A DNA stretch of 64,000 nt, taken from NCBI GenBank assembly GCA_033764315.1, contig JANRJA010000212.1:1-64000 (forward strand). Reading direction: 5' to 3'. The notes beneath the pieces were generated by a model, which worked only from the letters and a program-made list of their open reading frames with translations, was not told where the DNA came from and ran no database searches. The position numbers were made by a program, and so were the translations under genes. This DNA is from Oculatellaceae cyanobacterium bins.114. Its GTDB lineage: Bacteria > Cyanobacteriota > Cyanobacteriia > Elainellales > Elainellaceae. Below, in pieces: positions 52,482-62,192 of this stretch (the stretch's first letter is position 1; the number at the start of each line of letters is the position of its first letter).

Positions 52482-52571
52482 AGTCAAACTGATACGCAAG
52501 GTTAAGAGCTTCATTACATTCAAAGCGATCGCCCCATTGCGCCACTCATAATTGGGTAGTAGACAATTCTA

Positions 52572-54941
52572 TTGGTTATGAACTGGACTTTGGGACACCG
52601 AATTTGGCGTAAGCTCAATCGCTGGCAACGGGGAGGAGTGCGACTTCTTCTGGTGATTGTGCTGTTGGGGCTAACTGTGCGATCGCTCCCCTATTTGGCT
52701 CCAATTCGCGCAACCGATATTGCCCAAGATGACCAGGCAGTGACTTTTCGCGATCGCCACGGTTCATTACTGGGAACTCTTCTCACCCGCGACCAAGAGC
52801 ACACAACAGTTGTTCCACTCGATCAGGTCTCGCCTCATTTCCTCTATGCTATGATTGCCGCTGAAGACAAGCGGTTTTATCAGCATGGAGCCGTGGATTG
52901 GTGGGCAGTGGGACGGGCGATCGCAGAAGCAATTCAGGCGCGTCACATTGTTAGCGGTGCTTCAACGATTACGATGCAACTGGCGCGAATGCTAGAACCG
53001 ACTCCCGTAACGCTGTGGGGCAAGGCTCAAGAAGTCTGGCTGGCATGGCGACTGGCAGCGGGTATGAGCAAGGATGAGATTTTGCAAGCGTATGTCAACC
53101 GTTTGCCAATGGGCGGCAATATCTATGGGGTAGAAGCAGCAGCACGCGTTTACTTTGGCTTACCAGCGCGAGATCTGACGATCGCTCAAGCGAGTTTGTT
53201 GGCAGGGTTGCCCAATGACCCCAATAACCTCAACCCTTATACCCGGTTAATTCCGTTGCGGCAACGGCAGGGATATGTGTTGGCACGAATGGTAGAGGAT
53301 GGTTACATCACTCCGGCACAAGCTGATCGGGCAGGCAGTGGAGCGATCGCCCTACAACCCCGAGAACAGGGCATTGTCGCGGCTCCGCATTATCTGTTTT
53401 GGTTGGCGGATCAGTTGCCGACAGATCACCCATCTCAAATTCGCACAACATTGGATCTGCCTCTGCAACAGTTTGTCGAGGCGCAGGTGAAGCAAGTCAT
53501 TCAGTCGTTGGCCGCCAATAACGTGCATCAGGCAGCCGCGATCGTGCTCGATAACCATTCGGGAGAGGTGTTGGCGTATGTCGGCTCTACCGATTATTTT
53601 TTGGATGCTCAAATGGGGCGCAACGATGGCGTTCAAGCCTTGCGTCAACCGGGTTCGACTCTCAAGCCGTTTCTCTATGAACTGGCTTTAGAGAAGCGAG
53701 TGATTCGCCCCAACACGATCTTGGCAGATGTCCCCACTTACTACGCCATTCCTGGAGCGCGGCTCTATAGCCCCACTGATTATAGTGAGACGTTTCAAGG
53801 GCCGGTGCGGGTGCGGATTGCTCTGGCTAATTCGTTGAATGTGCCTGCGGTGCGAGTGTTAGAACAAGTGGGAGTCGCTTCATTTCTGGAACGGTTACAC
53901 GAACTGGGGTTTAAGCATTTGACCCATCCTCCAGAACACTACGGATTGGGGTTAACGTTGGGCAGTGGTGAGGTCAATTTGTGGGAGTTGGCGCATGCGT
54001 ATCGGATGTTGGCATGTCAGGGTGGAAGAGGCGCGATTAATCGCGTCTGCACTGAAGCAGGAGAGAGCTTATCTCGCTACACAGAACACACAGACGCAAC
54101 CTGGGCACTGATTACGGATATGTTGAGCGATCGCCATGCCCGGGCGCGATCATTTGGTGTAGATTCCGTGCTCAGTTTGCCGTTTCCAACAGCGGTCAAA
54201 ACAGGCACCTCCTCCGATTTTCGCGATACCTGGACAGTGGGTTTCACCACTGATTACACCGTTGCAACTTGGGTCGGCAATTTCGACGGTGCGCCCATGC
54301 ATCAGGTGTCGGGGGTCACGGGAGCCGCACCGCTGTGGAGTCGAATTTTGTTACATCTACACGAACACCGAGAACCGAATACATTTCCCACTCCTAACGA
54401 GTTTCCTAACGGTTTGGTGCAGCGTCCCATATGCGCGATATCAGGGGCACGTCCTACCCCAGCCTGTTCAACGGTGGTGCAGGAATATCTTTATCCCGAA
54501 GACCTCTATGCCTATGAGCATCAGCCAGATCCGTTTTATGGAGCGATCGCCACAACCCATAACTCTGCTCAACTGCGGTTGCCCCCCGAATACAACGAGT
54601 GGCTGGCAATGCAGCAACAACCGACCCTCGACCCCGATCAACTCCGCATTTTGGTGCCTCAAACAGGTGATTATTTTTTAGTAGCAGCAAATGTGACTGC
54701 TGGAACCAGTTCTCGGCTAGAGTTCAAAGTGACAGGACGACACAACCAGCCTGTGGAATGGTGGCTCAATGGGGAAAAGATTGCTGCGCAATCGTCAGAC
54801 TCTTTATTTTGGACATTGCGCCCCGGTCAGTGGAGATTGCAGGTCAAAAGTGGCGACAGGGCAGATCAGGTAACGTTTGAGGTACACGTGCCCGAGCCAA
54901 CCCATAGCCCTCAGCGAGGTTTTTCTACGGTGGGACAATAG
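52572..54941 (+). CDS. pbpC: Penicillin-binding protein 1C
   Basis: EDKRF, GASTITMQ, STLK, SLN and KTGTS motifs; C-terminal BiPBP_C-like domain. Confidence 0.92.
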   Translation: MVMNWTLGHRIWRKLNRWQRGGVRLLLVIVLLGLTVRSLPYLAPIRATDIAQDDQAVTFRDRHGSLLGTLLTRDQEHTTVVPLDQVSPHFLYAMIAAEDKRFYQHGAVDWWAVGRAIAEAIQARHIVSGASTITMQLARMLEPTPVTLWGKAQEVWLAWRLAAGMSKDEILQAYVNRLPMGGNIYGVEAAARVYFGLPARDLTIAQASLLAGLPNDPNNLNPYTRLIPLRQRQGYVLARMVEDGYITPAQADRAGSGAIALQPREQGIVAAPHYLFWLADQLPTDHPSQIRTTLDLPLQQFVEAQVKQVIQSLAANNVHQAAAIVLDNHSGEVLAYVGSTDYFLDAQMGRNDGVQALRQPGSTLKPFLYELALEKRVIRPNTILADVPTYYAIPGARLYSPTDYSETFQGPVRVRIALANSLNVPAVRVLEQVGVASFLERLHELGFKHLTHPPEHYGLGLTLGSGEVNLWELAHAYRMLACQGGRGAINRVCTEAGESLSRYTEHTDATWALITDMLSDRHARARSFGVDSVLSLPFPTAVKTGTSSDFRDTWTVGFTTDYTVATWVGNFDGAPMHQVSGVTGAAPLWSRILLHLHEHREPNTFPTPNEFPNGLVQRPICAISGARPTPACSTVVQEYLYPEDLYAYEHQPDPFYGAIATTHNSAQLRLPPEYNEWLAMQQQPTLDPDQLRILVPQTGDYFLVAANVTAGTSSRLEFKVTGRHNQPVEWWLNGEKIAAQSSDSLFWTLRPGQWRLQVKSGDRADQVTFEVHVPEPTHSPQRGFSTVGQ

Positions 54942-54993
54942 GAAGCAGGTGCAAGTCCTCTGAGCTGTCACCGACTCCCTAACCCCATGCTAC

Positions 54994-56463
54994 TTATCCA
55001 AATCCACCTGTGATGGAGCGAATCAAACTGGGAAGCGGCCCTTGACTCGATAAGAATCCGAGCACATCTTTTAAGCTCTCTAAATTGGCAGGCAGATCCG
55101 TTAACAATGTGTCAGCGGCGACGATTTGATTCCAATCCAACGGTTTGACGATTTGTGCTGGGTTGACAGATTTCATCACTTGCAAGATCTCATAGGCAAC
55201 AACCCCATAGCCAATGGTCGTGGGGTGAATGCCATCTAAGCTAAAAATGCCACCTTGATGGCGATCGCCCGGTGCAGCATCCGGTTTTAACCGCAGATAA
55301 CGGGTATCTAAAATGGGTTTGCCATCAGTGGTGAAGCGATCTTGCGTAGTTGGGTTTGACCTCAACGCCTGCACTAATTCTGCTGGAAAGGTGTAAACAG
55401 GTTTGCCCCCTTGCCGTCGATAGGCAAGACGATCGAGCACATCACAAAAATCAACGACATGCCACCCTCGTTTATTGGCTTCAGCGGCGATCGCCTCGTT
55501 GTATTCATCAATCACCTGATCAATTAGCCGAGCATCCTCTCCGGTCAATGCCGGATATTGATTGGGGGCTTTGGCAAAATCGTTATCCCAGACCCAAAAG
55601 TGGGTGTAGTAGTCGTAATAGCCCCCAGAAGAGCGGTCTTGGTCAAGGGTTTTTCCGGGTGAAATGCCACGACTGACTGGGGGAATGGTCACATGAGGAA
55701 CTGTCCCCACAAACACATTTTTGACCCCGATCGCCGCCACTTTATCGGCCACCCGACTTAACAATTGGCGGAAATGCTCAGGTCTCCACAAGGTACAACT
55801 GCGCTCATGAGACAACCGATTGATGTCAGCCGCTTGTGACCAAACAATTTTGAGATTGCCCACTGTGCCCAGGCAATTATTGCTGCCCAACCAAAACACC
55901 AAATTGTCGATGCCTCCTTGAGATTGGGCGATCACCTCAGCCGCTTTAACTTGAGATAACTCTTCATACTGTGGCAAAAATTGAGGGTTGAGCGATCGCT
56001 GTGCTGTGCGGTACATTGCAAACTCAGGAATCTGGCTGAGCAGATCATCCTTTGCCTTGGGAATCGTTCGCCGACAAATACTTGCGGTTAGGGTGTCGCA
56101 GTCGCCCAACTCAAACCCCCAAACAGATAGATTGTGGTGCAATGGCCCAGTGGGTGAGGGTTCGGTGCCCTCTCCTCGCTCCCAATAATCTTCTACCCGA
56201 TCCATAAAACTACGAACACTCAACAATGCCATTGGCACTTCTAACCAATTCACTTTGGCCCCATATCGACGGGCTAGCAGTCGAAACAACTGCTCTAAAT
56301 TGAGTGGTAGGCCCCCTTCTCCCTGAAAATCAGGAACGTTGAAGTCGCTGATTCCCAGGCACTCCGCCAGCATTTGAGGATAGGAAAAGTGGGTTTTACA
56401 GATACTGCCGTTGATAAATCCTTGAGAGAGACTGTCTCCAATGACAACGAGTTTAGCAGGCAT
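54994..56463 (-). CDS. SGNH/GDSL-like hydrolase
   Basis: IGDSLSQG, WLGSN and FSLDGIHP motifs. Confidence 0.75.
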   Translation of the reverse strand: MPAKLVVIGDSLSQGFINGSICKTHFSYPQMLAECLGISDFNVPDFQGEGGLPLNLEQLFRLLARRYGAKVNWLEVPMALLSVRSFMDRVEDYWERGEGTEPSPTGPLHHNLSVWGFELGDCDTLTASICRRTIPKAKDDLLSQIPEFAMYRTAQRSLNPQFLPQYEELSQVKAAEVIAQSQGGIDNLVFWLGSNNCLGTVGNLKIVWSQAADINRLSHERSCTLWRPEHFRQLLSRVADKVAAIGVKNVFVGTVPHVTIPPVSRGISPGKTLDQDRSSGGYYDYYTHFWVWDNDFAKAPNQYPALTGEDARLIDQVIDEYNEAIAAEANKRGWHVVDFCDVLDRLAYRRQGGKPVYTFPAELVQALRSNPTTQDRFTTDGKPILDTRYLRLKPDAAPGDRHQGGIFSLDGIHPTTIGYGVVAYEILQVMKSVNPAQIVKPLDWNQIVAADTLLTDLPANLESLKDVLGFLSSQGPLPSLIRSITGGFG

Positions 56464-56803
56464 GGAATTTTCTCTGGCTTCAGTAGCGATTTGTCATTTT
56501 GATAACACTTCATCGCTTGCGATCGCCCAAGCTTTAACATCTATTAATTTGTCCTTGATGCAGCAAAGATTTTAAAGTTGAGGGTTATTGAATCCATCGG
56601 TAGCCCTGAACTCCTCAGTTTCAAAGGACGGGAATGAGGTTCCTTTGAGAAGACAGACGAGAAACTGGGGATCTATCCCCCAGGGTGCGCATCGCGTTGA
56701 AATCGTTTTAGAGCACTCTCCATCTCATAACCGAGCTGATAAATCCTTGAGGACTGCTATATCATTAGAAACGTGTCATTTTGGGCAGGCAAAGGAGCAG
56801 AGA

Positions 56804-57526
56804 GTGCCAACCTTAGGCGTAAATATTGACCACATTGCTACGATTCGGCAGGCACGACGAACGGTGGAGCCTGATCCGGTAGCGGCAGCTGTGTTGGCAG
56901 AGCTAGCTGGAGCCGATGGCATCACAGTGCATTTGCGAGAAGATCGGCGACATATTCAAGATCGAGACGTGCGCCTGTTGCGGCAAACCGTGCGGACTCA
57001 TCTCAATTTAGAAATGGCGGCAACGGATGAAATGGTGGCGATCGCCCTCGACATTCACCCTGACTATGTGACCCTTGTCCCAGAACGCCGTGAAGAAGTC
57101 ACTACCGAAGGCGGCTTGGATATTGTTGGTCAAAAAGATCGGATGGGGGAGGTAGTCGCTCAACTGCAAGGAGCAGGCATTCCAGTGAGTTTGTTTATCG
57201 ATGCGGATCCGGATCAAATTGCGGCTTCTGCGGCGGTCAACGCTCAGTTTATCGAGTTGCATACTGGGCAATATGCCGACGCTAAGGATGAGTCAAGCCG
57301 GACTCAAGAATTAGCGGTTTTAGCAGAGGGATGTCAACAGGCGATCGCCACAGGTTTGCGAGTCAATGCTGGGCACGGACTAACGTATTGGAATGTTTAT
57401 CCGATCGCTTGTTTACAAGGCATGGAAGAATTGAATATTGGACATACCATTGTCAGCCGTGCTGTTTTGGTCGGCATGGAGCGGGCAGTCCGTGAGATGA
57501 AACAAGCCATCCGAGGGGAGTTATAA
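56804..57526 (+). CDS. pdxJ: Pyridoxine 5'-phosphate synthase
   Basis: [22 protein letters not shown] and ELNIGH motifs; GTG at 56804 with RBS aaggag. Confidence 0.97.
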   Translation: MPTLGVNIDHIATIRQARRTVEPDPVAAAVLAELAGADGITVHLREDRRHIQDRDVRLLRQTVRTHLNLEMAATDEMVAIALDIHPDYVTLVPERREEVTTEGGLDIVGQKDRMGEVVAQLQGAGIPVSLFIDADPDQIAASAAVNAQFIELHTGQYADAKDESSRTQELAVLAEGCQQAIATGLRVNAGHGLTYWNVYPIACLQGMEELNIGHTIVSRAVLVGMERAVREMKQAIRGEL

Positions 57527-57596
57527 GGCATTTGTTGCCCTTCTAAATGGTTCTTGTGCTGTTGATACTGATTTAATTCCTGATCAAAAACTAACT

Positions 57597-57929
57597 ATGA
57601 CGACTTATCACTACGTTTTGACCAGTCAAAAATTTCTCTTAGAAGAAGAACCCATCGAAGAAGTTTTGCGGGAGCGTACCCGTTACTATCACGAACAAGA
57701 AAAGGAAATTGACTTTTGGTTAGTGACTCAACCTGCCTTTTTAGAAGCCCCTGAGCTGGCTGCGGTCAAAGCTCAATGTCCTCAACCAGCGGCAGCCATT
57801 ATTTCTACCAATCCCCAATTTATTACCTGGCTCAAGCTGCGCTTAGAGTTTGTGCTTACGGGTGAGTTTCAATCGCCATCCGATACGATTCCCAATCCAA
57901 CAGCATCCTTGGCAAGTGCTGAGCGTTAA
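57597..57929 (+). CDS. ycf54: MgPME-cyclase auxiliary protein Ycf54
   Basis: EEP.EEVLRER, DFWLV.QPAFL and FITWLKLRLE motifs. Confidence 0.92.
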   Translation: MTTYHYVLTSQKFLLEEEPIEEVLRERTRYYHEQEKEIDFWLVTQPAFLEAPELAAVKAQCPQPAAAIISTNPQFITWLKLRLEFVLTGEFQSPSDTIPNPTASLASAER

Positions 57930-57940
57930 TAAAAAAATGT

Positions 57941-58885
57941 ATGGCTCGGATCAATTCACAGGTTGGGTTTATGGGTTGGGCAATTCTCCCTTTGGGGCAA
58001 CTGATTGGCATCACCAGTGCGATTGCAGTTCCCCTTTTGGGATGGGGCTTGAGTCAGAGAGCGATCGCTCAAACCTCACCCCCCTGTGACCCTCCTGGTG
58101 CAAATGAGTATTTATTGATGGTGGTCTATCGATCGCCTGAATCTCAAAGCCAGTTAGAACAAGCCTTGCCCCGCAATACAACGACGACGGTTTGTGATTA
58201 CCTTGGCACCACTGTAACCCGAGTAGGAGGCTTTACAGATTTGGATGTTGCCAACTCCTGGGCACAGTTTTTGGCAGATATTGGTGGTTTGCAAGCTTTT
58301 GTGGCTCGTCCCGCTGAGGCCGCCCCAACGCCTCAGGCTTCACCAGACCCGACGGTGACACCACCTGCGACTCCTCAACCAGACCCTACAGCAACTGCAC
58401 CTCAGCCTTTCCCGTCGCCTGGAGCGCAACCTGACCCGACACCGGGCGAGCTACCTACCCCTGGGGCAACAGCCTCTGAATTGGCTCCCACTCCGTTTCC
58501 TCAGCCTACTCCAGTTCCGACCCCACAGCCTTCGCTTAGCCCTGCACCTCAAGCCGCTCCATCACCCACACTCAGCCCATCACCCACACCCGGTCCATCG
58601 GCTGACACCAGGGTGGCCTACAACCCTCAAGTGTTGGGGACGGGGTACGCCGTGTTAGTCGATTATGCCAATCGACCTGAAGTGGCTAGCCAACTCCAAC
58701 AGGTAGTGACAAGTCCGGTTGGGTTAGTGTCTTATGAACAGCGTCCCTATCTGTTGGCAACCTATACCAGTGATCTGACCACTGCCGCGACTCTATTGCG
58801 AACTTTGAGCGATCGTAATTTTTCGGCGGTGATTGTAGACAGTCGGCGGGCTGTGTTGCTGACTCCACAAGTTGTGATTGAGTAG
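57941..58885 (+). CDS. Pro-rich exported hypothetical protein
   Basis: Signal-like N-terminus, C.PP..EYLL domain, Pro/Thr linker, YNP..LG.GYAVLVDY domain. Confidence 0.75.
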   Translation: MARINSQVGFMGWAILPLGQLIGITSAIAVPLLGWGLSQRAIAQTSPPCDPPGANEYLLMVVYRSPESQSQLEQALPRNTTTTVCDYLGTTVTRVGGFTDLDVANSWAQFLADIGGLQAFVARPAEAAPTPQASPDPTVTPPATPQPDPTATAPQPFPSPGAQPDPTPGELPTPGATASELAPTPFPQPTPVPTPQPSLSPAPQAAPSPTLSPSPTPGPSADTRVAYNPQVLGTGYAVLVDYANRPEVASQLQQVVTSPVGLVSYEQRPYLLATYTSDLTTAATLLRTLSDRNFSAVIVDSRRAVLLTPQVVIE

Positions 58886-58995
58886 GGCGATCGCAAAATT
58901 CTTTGTCAATTCCAAAAATTTACTGTTCTAGCACAAACGTTCCGTAAAAAGTAAAAGAGCGTCAAGTTCTGCGTTTACTTAGATCTGGGGCGAAA

Positions 58996-61551
58996 ATGCC
59001 AGTCGAGTCAAATCATCCGCATCATCAATCCAAGTCTCATCAGCAAAACGGCTACTCTGGCCCTCCAGTGATCGTTTCTGCCCCGGTTGCAGCAATGTAT
59101 CGACAGGACGACCTGGATCTAGCTCAAATTTTGAAGATCATTCAGCGACGTGGCTGGCTGATGGCGAGTGTGGCGATCGCTGTAACCTCCACCATTTGGG
59201 GATGGACCTTGACCCGCACCCCCATCTATCGAGGCGAGTTTCGCGTGCTCGTAGAAGAAGTCAGCGAAACAGACCCCTCGCAGCAGTTGCTTCAAGACAA
59301 TCAAATTCAGCTTTCTCCTACCTTTGACTATTCCACTCAGATCGAGGTGTTGCGAAGTCCAGCCTTGTTGGAACCGATCGCCGAACGCCTGCGCCAAGAC
59401 TATCCTGATATTAACGCTGGCTTATTAGCTGGAGGACTGGTGATTAGTCGGTTGCGAGACACCAAAGTGTTATCGGTAAGCTATCTCGGCACTGACCCTG
59501 ACAAAATTCAAGCGGTGTTAGAAGAAGTCTCTAACTCCTATCTGGATTACAGCTATCAAGAGCGTCGCACCAGCCTGCAACAAGGGGTTGAGTTTGTTGA
59601 CAGTCAGTTACCAGACCTGCGGGAACGGGTCAACACCCTGCAAGTGCGGTTAGAAAAATTTCGTCAGGAATATAGTCTGATAGATCCAGAATCGCGGGGC
59701 AACGATCTGTCGAGTCTGATCAGTGGGGTTGAAAAGCAACGCCAAGAAACCCAAACTCAACTGAGTGAAGCGCGATCGCTCTATAACACACTTCAAAATC
59801 AGCTAGGATTTAGCCCAGATCAGGCACTGGCAGCCTCCGCGTTAAGTGAGTCACCCCGATATCAAAGCCTGTTAAACCAGATTCGAGAGGTGGAGTCGCA
59901 AATTGCGGTTGAAACAGCCCGTTGGCAACCAGGCCACTATGCGATCGCCACGTTAGAAGACAAACGAGCTGAACTCTTACCCTTGTTAGATGCTGAAGCT
60001 GAGCGAATTTTGGGGGAACGGGCAACCTCGAATGTGAATAGCAACCTCACCCCCACCTCACTAGAGTTGAGTAAACAGTTAGTCAGCACTGCCAATCAAG
60101 TAAAAGTATTAGAAGCTCGCAGTGGTGCCCTGACCGAGGTAGAGGCACGCCTCAAAAATGAGTTTGAGCTAGTACCTGCTCTTGCCAGAGAATATACCGA
60201 TTTACAGCGAGAACTAAAGATCGCCACCGAGAGCCTCAACCGCTTTTTGTCTACTCGTGAAACGTTACAAATTGATGCGGCACAAAAATCAACCCCCTGG
60301 GAACTGCTGTCAGGTCCAGCCACACCTCAAACCCCCATTTCCCCCAATGTGCCCCGCAATCTGGCAATGGGAGCGATCGCCGGATTGTTACTGGCCGCAG
60401 TTGCCGCCGCGATCGCCGAAAAACTAGATTCGGTCTTCCATTCTCCCGATGAAATTAAAGCCGTTACCAAGTTGCCATTATTGGGGGTTATTCCCTTTGC
60501 TAAAAGCCTGCAAGTTAGCTCTGCCTCAACCGAAGAAACTAGTTTATCGTCTGCTTCAGAATCAGAACTACGGAGTCAGGGGAGTCACCTGACTCAAACG
60601 ATTACAACGTCGGAACCGTCGTCTTACAAAACCTCTCCCTTCTTTGAATCGTTTCGCTCGTTCTACGCCAACATTCGCTTTCTCAGTTCTGACACGCCCA
60701 TTCGCTCACTGGTTATTAGCTCGGCAGCACCCGGAGAAGGCAAATCTACAACTTCAGTGCACCTGGCTAAAGCAGCGGCGGCAATGGGGCAACGAGTGCT
60801 GTTGATCGATGCTGATTTGCGTTGTCCTCAGATACATAGCCGCTTAAACTTGCCTAACTTACGGGGATTGAGTAACGCGATCGTCAATGAACTGTCATTA
60901 CAGCAAGTGATCCAGCGATCGCCTGGAGACGAAAATCTATGTGTTATTACCGCCGGGCCTGTGCCTCCCGACCCGATTAAACTGCTCTCGTCTCGACGTA
61001 TGCAAAACCTCATGGCACAGGTGCGAACTCAGTTTGATCTGGTGATTTACGACATGCCCCCATTACTGGGCTTTGCTGATAGCAATCTTCTGGCCGCTCA
61101 TACCGATGGCATGGTTCTCGTTGTTGGATTGGGCAAAACCGATCGAGCCGCCCTCGGTCAAGCACTCGAAGCCCTCAAGATCTCTCCGATTCCTGTTCTG
61201 GGGCTTGTGGCAAATGGCATTCGGGCTTACACCACCCATCCCTATAGCTACTATCGCTACCACCGCTACTACACTCAACAGACTCGCTCCTCTGACTTAA
61301 ATGGCAGTCTGCCCGTGGTGCAAGCTTCTCAATCTCGCAACCCTGATAACAATGGGAATGGCTTCGGTGATCTGGGTAGCTGGTTAACCTCTAAAGTGGG
61401 CATGTTGGTTGTTGGAGGTGTGACGGTCGCGGTGTTACTGATGACGATGGTTTGGTTGACCTACATTCGCCTCAATTCCCCTAATCAGCCTCCTCGTTCT
61501 GCGGCTCCCACCCAGCCCACGGCAACCCAGCCCACCCTTGATGCTCCCTGA
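58996..61551 (+). CDS. wzc: Wzc/GumC-family polysaccharide co-polymerase tyrosine autokinase
   Basis: Two TM helices flanking a coiled coil, PGEGKS, IDADLR, DMPP and Tyr cluster YSYYRYHRYY. Confidence 0.9.
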   Translation: MPVESNHPHHQSKSHQQNGYSGPPVIVSAPVAAMYRQDDLDLAQILKIIQRRGWLMASVAIAVTSTIWGWTLTRTPIYRGEFRVLVEEVSETDPSQQLLQDNQIQLSPTFDYSTQIEVLRSPALLEPIAERLRQDYPDINAGLLAGGLVISRLRDTKVLSVSYLGTDPDKIQAVLEEVSNSYLDYSYQERRTSLQQGVEFVDSQLPDLRERVNTLQVRLEKFRQEYSLIDPESRGNDLSSLISGVEKQRQETQTQLSEARSLYNTLQNQLGFSPDQALAASALSESPRYQSLLNQIREVESQIAVETARWQPGHYAIATLEDKRAELLPLLDAEAERILGERATSNVNSNLTPTSLELSKQLVSTANQVKVLEARSGALTEVEARLKNEFELVPALAREYTDLQRELKIATESLNRFLSTRETLQIDAAQKSTPWELLSGPATPQTPISPNVPRNLAMGAIAGLLLAAVAAAIAEKLDSVFHSPDEIKAVTKLPLLGVIPFAKSLQVSSASTEETSLSSASESELRSQGSHLTQTITTSEPSSYKTSPFFESFRSFYANIRFLSSDTPIRSLVISSAAPGEGKSTTSVHLAKAAAAMGQRVLLIDADLRCPQIHSRLNLPNLRGLSNAIVNELSLQQVIQRSPGDENLCVITAGPVPPDPIKLLSSRRMQNLMAQVRTQFDLVIYDMPPLLGFADSNLLAAHTDGMVLVVGLGKTDRAALGQALEALKISPIPVLGLVANGIRAYTTHPYSYYRYHRYYTQQTRSSDLNGSLPVVQASQSRNPDNNGNGFGDLGSWLTSKVGMLVVGGVTVAVLLMTMVWLTYIRLNSPNQPPRSAAPTQPTATQPTLDAP

Positions 61552-61567
61552 TCCAATCTCTGTCCTT

Positions 61568-61689
61568 AGTACAACTCGTCGTAAATAGGGGTGGGAATTT
61601 GGGGTGCAGGGGTTTCACCCCTGGCTGGGGGCTGCGCCCCCACACCCCCTTGGTTTTATTGCCGAACCCTATCTGTGAAAAGCAGTACT
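61568..61689. repeat. AGTAC-bounded GC-rich palindromic element
   Basis: agtac..gtact ends; internal caggggtttcacccctg and tgggggctgcgccccca hairpins. Confidence 0.6.
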
Positions 61690-61815
61690 TAGAGTCGAGC
61701 TTGGGTTTAATCCTACAAATTTGAGAACCAAGCTTTGGGGAACCACCCATTGCCGAATGTGGAGCGTGTTGAATCAGGGCTACGCTACGTTGCGTCAGCC
61801 TTGCTGAATGCTGTG

Positions 61816-61934
61816 TTACACCCATTCTCCAAATTCGAGCTACTGATCAGGCTGCCTTCGACTGCGCTCAGTCAGCGTCCTCTGAGCGTAGTCGAAGGGG
61901 ACATCTGTAGGAATACTTTAAGGAATTGGTATTA
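61816..61934. mobile_element. MITE-like element with TAATACCAATTC terminus, copy 2 (inverted)
   Basis: Reverse complement of 33667-33785. Confidence 0.8.
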
Positions 61935-62192
61935 CACCACTTCTATAAATTTGGGCTACTCATCAATATTCCTCATTTCACCTGCTGGGAACAATCTCAA
62001 CCAAGGCAATGTCGTGGAGCAGAAGACCATGCCAGTAGCTTGAACTGTAGATGAACGGTTGCTATTCAACTCGACCTGATTGAATTCCCTCTGTGGATCA
62101 ATGACGGTTGAAATTTTTAAGCGTTAAAAGAGATATAGACGAAGTTCGGAGAAAATTTCGCTCTGAATTGACCTGTTTTGGGAGGAAAACCC

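Noticed and set aside
61481..62043. ORFs 61481-61825 and 61735-62043
   Set aside because: Composed of repeat elements; spurious
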